Source of the DNA: Candidatus Omnitrophota bacterium
Lineage (GTDB): Bacteria; Ratteibacteria; UBA8468; MWAK01
Assembly: GCA_043797665.1 (NCBI GenBank)
Contig: JAZDPL010000059.1
Location: forward strand, 1 to 21,121
Direction: 5' to 3'
DNA length: 21,121 nucleotides
Below are positions 16,325 to 21,121 of this stretch, piece by piece. The notes under the pieces are model-generated. The model searched no databases and was not told where the DNA came from. It saw only the letters and a list, made by a program, of their open reading frames with translations. A program made the translations under genes and the position numbers. Each line of letters starts with the position of its first letter. Within the stretch, counting starts at the first letter, position 1.

Positions 16325-16530
16325 TGTTTAGCAACCCCTCGCAACAGGCTTAAAAGCGTGTAAATCCGGGCAATGTCTTTTTTACTCCGATTTAACGAAG
16401 CGGTATCCTTCATCTGCCCTAACCGGTGCTGAATACGCAGACGGTAGAGTCCGGCTTTCATATTCTCTAACCGTTCTTTAAGTTCCAGTTCCCCTAATTT
16501 TTTCAGTTCTTCGAAATCACTGCGTCTCAT
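16321..16530 (-). CDS. rpmC: 50S ribosomal protein L29
   Basis: LYRLRIQ..GQMKDT, KKDIARIYT; lies between rplP and rpsQ. Confidence 0.92.
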   Translation of the reverse strand: MRRSDFEELKKLGELELKERLENMKAGLYRLRIQHRLGQMKDTASLNRSKKDIARIYTLLSLLRGVAKQ

Positions 16531-16934
16531 CTGGTAATAATTTTGGTAGTGAGCGGAAACTTTCCGGACGCTAACCGGAGCGCCTCGACCGCCTCATCCC
16601 TGCCCACTCCGGTCAGTTCCAAAATAACTCTGCCGGGCAGGATACGCGCGGTCCAATGGTCCAAATCACCCTTTCCTTTACCCATTCTGGTCTCCGCCGG
16701 TTTCTTGCTTACCGGCCGGTCCGGAAAGACCCTTATCCATAACTTTCCTTTTCCTTTCAGATGGTGGGTAACCGCCACGCGGGCCGCTTCAATCTGCCGC
16801 TCGGTAAAATACCCGGGGTCCAGCGCCAACAATCCGTACTCTCCAAAAGAAAGCTTGTTACCGGTAGTCGCTTTTCCCCTGGTACGGCCACCGTGCATAT
16901 TTCTAAACTTAACCCGTTTTGGAATCTTGGCCAT
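16527..16934 (-). CDS. rplP: 50S ribosomal protein L16
   Basis: RQIEAARVA, WIRVFPD, KKPAETRMGKGKG. Confidence 0.97.
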   Translation of the reverse strand: MAKIPKRVKFRNMHGGRTRGKATTGNKLSFGEYGLLALDPGYFTERQIEAARVAVTHHLKGKGKLWIRVFPDRPVSKKPAETRMGKGKGDLDHWTARILPGRVILELTGVGRDEAVEALRLASGKFPLTTKIITR

Positions 16935-16954
16935 ATTTTATGCGTCAACCCCTT

Positions 16955-17590
16955 CTACACCTTCTCTTTTGCGTATCCTTTATAAATCCAGACCTTCACG
17001 CCAATCGTACCATAGGTGGTAAACGAAGTCGCCGGGGCGTAATCAATAATGGCCTGCAAAGTATGTAACGGAATCTTTCCTTCCTTGTATGTCTCTCTCC
17101 GGCTTATCTCCGCACCGCCTAAACGTCCTGAAATTTGAATTTTAATTCCGCCGGCACCCTGTCCCATTGCGCTTTCAATCGCCCGTTTGCAAATAAACCG
17201 GAAAGAAACCCGGCGCCGGGAAAGTTGGAAAGCGATATTCTGGGCTACGTAATTAGCATCAATTACGGCGTTGGTGACTTCAGCCACGTCAATGATGATG
17301 CTCTTCCCGTAAATTTTACTTAGTTCCGTACTTACATTATTAATTTCCGAGCCTTTACGCCCGATGATCAGCCCCGGCCTGCTGGCTAAAATTTTAATCC
17401 GGATGTTATCGGCCAGTCGCTCAATGTCCAGCCGGGTTATACCGCTGTCCGGAAACCGTTTCCTGAAATACCGCCGGATGTGGTAATCCTCTAAAATACC
17501 CGGACCTAACTTCTTGGTTTGAAACCAGTTGGAACGCCAGTTTTCAATAATGCCCAACCGCAACGAAATCGGATTTACTTTTTGTCCCAT
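16955..17590 (-). CDS. rpsC: 30S ribosomal protein S3
   Basis: MGQKVNP, RPGLIIGRKG, SGRLGGAEI, YGTIGVKVWI. Confidence 0.97.
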   Translation of the reverse strand: MGQKVNPISLRLGIIENWRSNWFQTKKLGPGILEDYHIRRYFRKRFPDSGITRLDIERLADNIRIKILASRPGLIIGRKGSEINNVSTELSKIYGKSIIIDVAEVTNAVIDANYVAQNIAFQLSRRRVSFRFICKRAIESAMGQGAGGIKIQISGRLGGAEISRRETYKEGKIPLHTLQAIIDYAPATSFTTYGTIGVKVWIYKGYAKEKV

Positions 17591-17919
17591 TCGTCTGACA
17601 AAACAACTTTGACATGAGAAGTACGGTGCAGAACCGGAGCCCCACGGCCCATTGAAGTCGGCCGGAACCTCTTCAGTGACGGTCCCTGTTCTATAGTCAA
17701 TGACTTCAACCTGAGGTCCTCAAGCGGCATTCCCTCCTGTTTGGCATTGGCTAAGGCTGAAGCAAGTACTTTTTTAAGATAATAGGCTGGCTTCTGGGGA
17801 AGATTTTTGAGAATACCAAGCGCCTCCGTTGAAGTTTTGCCCCGTATCAGATAAGCCACCTGTCTTGCCTTTTTAGGGCTGACCTGAACGTACTTTGCCT
17901 TTGCTGCTGCTTCGGCCAT
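17575..17919 (-). CDS. rplV: 50S ribosomal protein L22
   Basis: SPKKARQVAYLIRGK, SALANA, GPSLKR, RTSH. Confidence 0.95.
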   Translation of the reverse strand: MAEAAAKAKYVQVSPKKARQVAYLIRGKTSTEALGILKNLPQKPAYYLKKVLASALANAKQEGMPLEDLRLKSLTIEQGPSLKRFRPTSMGRGAPVLHRTSHVKVVLSDEWDKK

Positions 17920-17943
17920 AATTTTAAGGGGAAACCCCCTATG

Positions 17944-18228
17944 CTATGTCTTGGATAACGACCTTTCAGTGTGCATACCGTGACGACGGAAGACCCGCGT
18001 AGGTGAAAATTCGCCCAGCCGGTGTCCCACCATATTTTCGGTGACATAGACCGGGATAAAGTTCTTTCCGTTGTGAACCGCAAACGTCACACCAACAAAT
18101 TCCGGACTGATCTGGCTGGCACGGCTCCAGGTACGAATAGGCTCTTTCTTCCCGCTCTGTTTCACCTTCTCAATCTTTTTGAGAAGTTTCGGGTCAACAC
18201 TGGGTCCCTTCTTCAGTGATCTGCTCAT
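17944..18228 (-). CDS. rpsS: 30S ribosomal protein S19
   Basis: [28 protein letters not shown]. Confidence 0.97.
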   Translation of the reverse strand: MSRSLKKGPSVDPKLLKKIEKVKQSGKKEPIRTWSRASQISPEFVGVTFAVHNGKNFIPVYVTENMVGHRLGEFSPTRVFRRHGMHTERSLSKT

Positions 18229-18247
18229 AATTTATTACTCTAAGGGG

Positions 18248-19066
18248 TCAACCCCTATGTTTAACTATCAATCTCTCCGAGGGTTTATTTCTATCTCTGG
18301 TCTTAACCCCCTCCGGCTTACCCCACGGAGTCCTCACGGGCCTGCCGCCGGAACTCTTACCTTCTCCCCCACCCAACGGATGGTCAACCGGATTCATCGC
18401 CACTCCCCGTACTTTTGAACGGCGACCACGCCAGCGGGTGCGACCGGCCTTTCCCAGAGACTCATACCGATGTTCGGGGTTGCTGACGGTGCCTATCGTG
18501 GCGCGGCAGTCTATCGAAAAAAGTCTTATTTCACCGGAAGGAAGTTTTACCTGAGCCTGACGGTCGGCCTTAGACATTAAAACTGCGGCTGCTCCAGCCG
18601 CGCGGACAATCTGGATGCCTTTACCCGGCTTTAACTCCAGGGAGGAGATATTGGTCCCTTCCGGAATATCCTTTAATTGGAGACGGTTTCCTTCTGTAGA
18701 CAGCGTCTCTGTCCCGGAAACGATCCGGGCACCGGGCTTCATCCCCGAAGTAGCCAGAATATACCTCTTTTCGCCGTCCGGGTACCGTACCAGAGCAATT
18801 CTGGCACTGCGGTTTGGATCGTAAGCGATGCCGATAATTTTACCGGGCAAAAGCTTATCGTTCTTAAAATCGATTAGCCGGTAGTGATGCCGATGACCGC
18901 CTCCCCGATGACGAACGGTAATCGTGCCCTGGTTATTACGACCACCGCTTTTGCGATGGACAGACAGTAACTTCTTTTCCGGTTTCGTTTCGGTTATTTC
19001 CTTAAAATCAGGCAAAACCGCAAAACGGCTGGTCGGTGTTACCGGCCTCCTTTTAACCAAACTCAA
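18248..19066 (-). CDS. rplB: 50S ribosomal protein L2 (TTG start)
   Basis: GGRNNQG, RHRGGGH, YDPNRSARIAL, RGVAMNPVDHPLGGGEG. Confidence 0.97.
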   Translation of the reverse strand: MSLVKRRPVTPTSRFAVLPDFKEITETKPEKKLLSVHRKSGGRNNQGTITVRHRGGGHRHHYRLIDFKNDKLLPGKIIGIAYDPNRSARIALVRYPDGEKRYILATSGMKPGARIVSGTETLSTEGNRLQLKDIPEGTNISSLELKPGKGIQIVRAAGAAAVLMSKADRQAQVKLPSGEIRLFSIDCRATIGTVSNPEHRYESLGKAGRTRWRGRRSKVRGVAMNPVDHPLGGGEGKSSGGRPVRTPWGKPEGVKTRDRNKPSERLIVKHRG

Positions 19067-19331
19067 TGTGTTCTCCTTTTTTCAAAGTAATAATCGCCTT
19101 CTTCCAGTCAGGACGCTTGCCTTCCCGGGAACGATACCGTCGTTTCTTACCCTTAAAATTCAGGACGTTCACGAAAGCAACCTTGGCGTGATAAATCTTC
19201 TCCACCGCTTTCTTAATCTCGGGAGCGGTGGCCTTAGGAAAAACCGCAAAGAGATACTTGTTCTGGGGTTGCAGCCAGGTGGTTCCCTTCTCGGTATTCA
19301 ACGGAAATAAAATTATATCGGTCGAAAACAT
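19053..19331 (-). CDS. rplW: 50S ribosomal protein L23
   Basis: PLNTEK, EIKKAVE, GKKRR, WKKAIITL. Confidence 0.95.
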   Translation of the reverse strand: MFSTDIILFPLNTEKGTTWLQPQNKYLFAVFPKATAPEIKKAVEKIYHAKVAFVNVLNFKGKKRRYRSREGKRPDWKKAIITLKKGEHIEFG

Positions 19332-19336
19332 AAAAT

Positions 19337-19957
19337 TTATCCTTTTATCTTCTCTTTCAATTTGTCCCAGATTTCCCGGTAGACCAGAAGGTTATCCGCG
19401 TTCAGGATATGGAAAAAATCAGGCGACTTCCAGTCTCCGAAACGGATACCCGGGATGTTGCGTCCGGCCCGGCGAAAAAGTTCTGCGTCTTGAGGTACAA
19501 AAGTAATAATTTTACCAGAAAGACCGATTTTTTGCAAGAACCTGCTGACTGATTTTGTCTTGGCTTCCGGAATCTGATATTCCGCTAAAAGGGAAATCTT
19601 GCTTCCTAAAATTTTTTCTTTAAGCGCTTCGCTCAAGGCTGACTGTCTCACTTTGGCAGGAAGAGCCACAAAATAAGAACGGGGTTTTGGACCAAAAATA
19701 ACACCCCCTCCTCGCCATAAAGGTGAACGGATGGAACCCACCCGTGCCCGACCGGTACCTTTCTGCTTCCACGGTTTTCTGCCCCCGCCGGCGACCTCTG
19801 CTTTGGTTTTAGACGACGCATTTCCCTGTCGCTGATTGGCTAAATAGGCATTAACTACATAATAAAGTAATTTCTTATTTACCGGTTCTAAGCCGTCGGT
19901 GGCAAATTCCACCTGGTCCACCACTTCACCCGTCAGATTATATACCTTTATCTCCAT
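19337..19957 (-). CDS. rplD: 50S ribosomal protein L4
   Basis: Start moved to MEIKVYN at 19957; KPWKQKGTGRAR, SPLWRGGGVIFGPKPR. Confidence 0.96.
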   Translation of the reverse strand: MEIKVYNLTGEVVDQVEFATDGLEPVNKKLLYYVVNAYLANQRQGNASSKTKAEVAGGGRKPWKQKGTGRARVGSIRSPLWRGGGVIFGPKPRSYFVALPAKVRQSALSEALKEKILGSKISLLAEYQIPEAKTKSVSRFLQKIGLSGKIITFVPQDAELFRRAGRNIPGIRFGDWKSPDFFHILNADNLLVYREIWDKLKEKIKG

Positions 19958-20576
19958 ACATCTTTTTAATTTCCAACAGACCGCCTTCCGCACCCGGAAC
20001 CGCACCTTTCAAAAGAAGCAGGTTCCGGCCGGTATCGACCCTCACCACCTGCAGGTTACGGACGGTAATCCTTTTCCCGCCCATCCTCCCGCCCATTCTC
20101 CGTCCCTTCGGTACCCGGTCGGGGTTACTGCCGCCGATGGACCCGGGTGCCCGGTGGGACATTGAACCGTGGGTTGCCGGACCGCCCTTAAATCCATACC
20201 GTTTAACCACACCCTGAAAACCCTTCCCGATGGAGTTTCCGGAAACGGAAACCTTCTCGCCCGGAGAAAATATTTCCACCGTTACCTCTTTCCCTAACGG
20301 GAATTTTTGCATCTCTGCTTCCGATATCCGGAATTCTTTTAAGTATCGCCTTGCCTGTTCCAGACCTGCCTTTTTGAAATGGCCCAAACACGGTTTGTTC
20401 GCTTTACGCCGGGAACCAAAACCTAACTGCAAAGATACATATCCTTCTTTCTTCAGTGACTTTTGCTGAATTACCGGGCAAGGTCCTGCTTCCACCGCAG
20501 TAACCGGAACCGGCTTACCGTTTTCGTCAAAGATACGAATCATCCCTACCTTGCGTCCTAAAATTCCCAAAGACAT
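19938..20576 (-). CDS. rplC: 50S ribosomal protein L3
   Basis: GRKVGM, GKGFQGVVKR, HGSMSHRAPGSIG, KGAVPG. Confidence 0.97.
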   Translation of the reverse strand: MSLGILGRKVGMIRIFDENGKPVPVTAVEAGPCPVIQQKSLKKEGYVSLQLGFGSRRKANKPCLGHFKKAGLEQARRYLKEFRISEAEMQKFPLGKEVTVEIFSPGEKVSVSGNSIGKGFQGVVKRYGFKGGPATHGSMSHRAPGSIGGSNPDRVPKGRRMGGRMGGKRITVRNLQVVRVDTGRNLLLLKGAVPGAEGGLLEIKKMYGDKGI

Positions 20577-20627
20577 AATTTTAATTTGTATCTCTTACCA
20601 ATAAACGGGTTGAAATCTACTATTATA

Positions 20628-20933
20628 CTATGATTTTATCTCGACGTCAACACCGGCGGGGAGGGTCAATTTGGTGAGAGCATCCACAATACGCGCGGAA
20701 GGATTGATGATATCAACCAAACGGCTGTGGATACGAATCTCAAACTGTTCCCGGCTCTTCTTGTGTACGAAAGGTGACCGCAGTACCGTAAAAACTTCAC
20801 GCCTGGTCGGCAGAGGCACCGGTCCGGCCACCTTTTCGCCGGTCCTCTTGCTGATTTCGATAATCTCGCGGACCGACTGGTCAAGAAGCCGATGGTCGTA
20901 AGAACGCAACTTAATCCTTAATTTCTGTGCCAT
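20628..20933 (-). CDS. rpsJ: 30S ribosomal protein S10
   Basis: Start moved to MAQKLRIKL at 20933 (AAGGAG RBS); [21 protein letters not shown]. Confidence 0.97.
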   Translation of the reverse strand: MAQKLRIKLRSYDHRLLDQSVREIIEISKRTGEKVAGPVPLPTRREVFTVLRSPFVHKKSREQFEIRIHSRLVDIINPSARIVDALTKLTLPAGVDVEIKS

Positions 20934-20981
20934 ATTCTCCTTTATCAACTACCTACGTCAAAAATATTTAATTCGCTTGTA

Positions 20982-21121
20982 TTACTCCAGTATTTCGGTG
21001 ACCGCGCCGGCACCCACCGTATGTCCGCCTTCCCGGATGGCAAACCGCTGACCCTTCTCCATCGCAATCGGCGTAATCAGTTTCACCTCCAAGTTGGCGT
21101 TGTCTCCGGGCATTACCATTT
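20982..21121 (-). CDS. tuf: Elongation factor Tu, C-terminal fragment (runs off window)
   Basis: Hand translation [45 protein letters not shown]. Confidence 0.96.
   Translation of the reverse strand, partial: MVMPGDNANLEVKLITPIAMEKGQRFAIREGGHTVGAGAVTEILE

Noticed and set aside
20605..20617. ACGGGTTGAAATC in the rpsJ-rplC spacer as another 31-nt element
   Set aside because: Has the leader hexamer but no stem.
719..20901. Numerous antisense and alternate-frame ORFs in the track (e.g. 1072-1557, 8652-9080, 16543-17022)
   Set aside because: They overlap well-conserved genes and show no recognisable motifs; shadow ORFs.

Overview
Bacterial chromosomal window, probably from a diderm organism (it encodes a signal-peptide-bearing beta-barrel-like protein). 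268-3668 (+) is a nickel-type ECF transporter operon: a putative outer-membrane channel gene plus nikMNQO/cbiMNQO. It sits behind a strong sigma70-like promoter and a candidate NikR-type operator. A PAS + HD-GYP phosphodiesterase gene (-) converges on it. 5238-21121 (-) is the tuf-S10-spc-alpha ribosomal protein superoperon, from the 3' end of tuf to rplQ, with an uncharacterised gene appended after rplQ. rpmD (L30) is absent from its usual position, and rpmJ, missed by the ORF track, is present. The most unusual signals are non-coding. (1) A family of 31-nt hairpins (ACGGGT leader, 9-bp covarying stem, T[T/A]G[A/G]AT loop) is found only nested inside other palindromic repeats, including one of its own kind. 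(2) A perfect 19-bp inverted repeat brackets the nik + HD-GYP block. (3) Several REP-like palindromes lie inside the ribosomal operon spacers. All calls come from reading the sequence and recalling family motifs; no searches were run.
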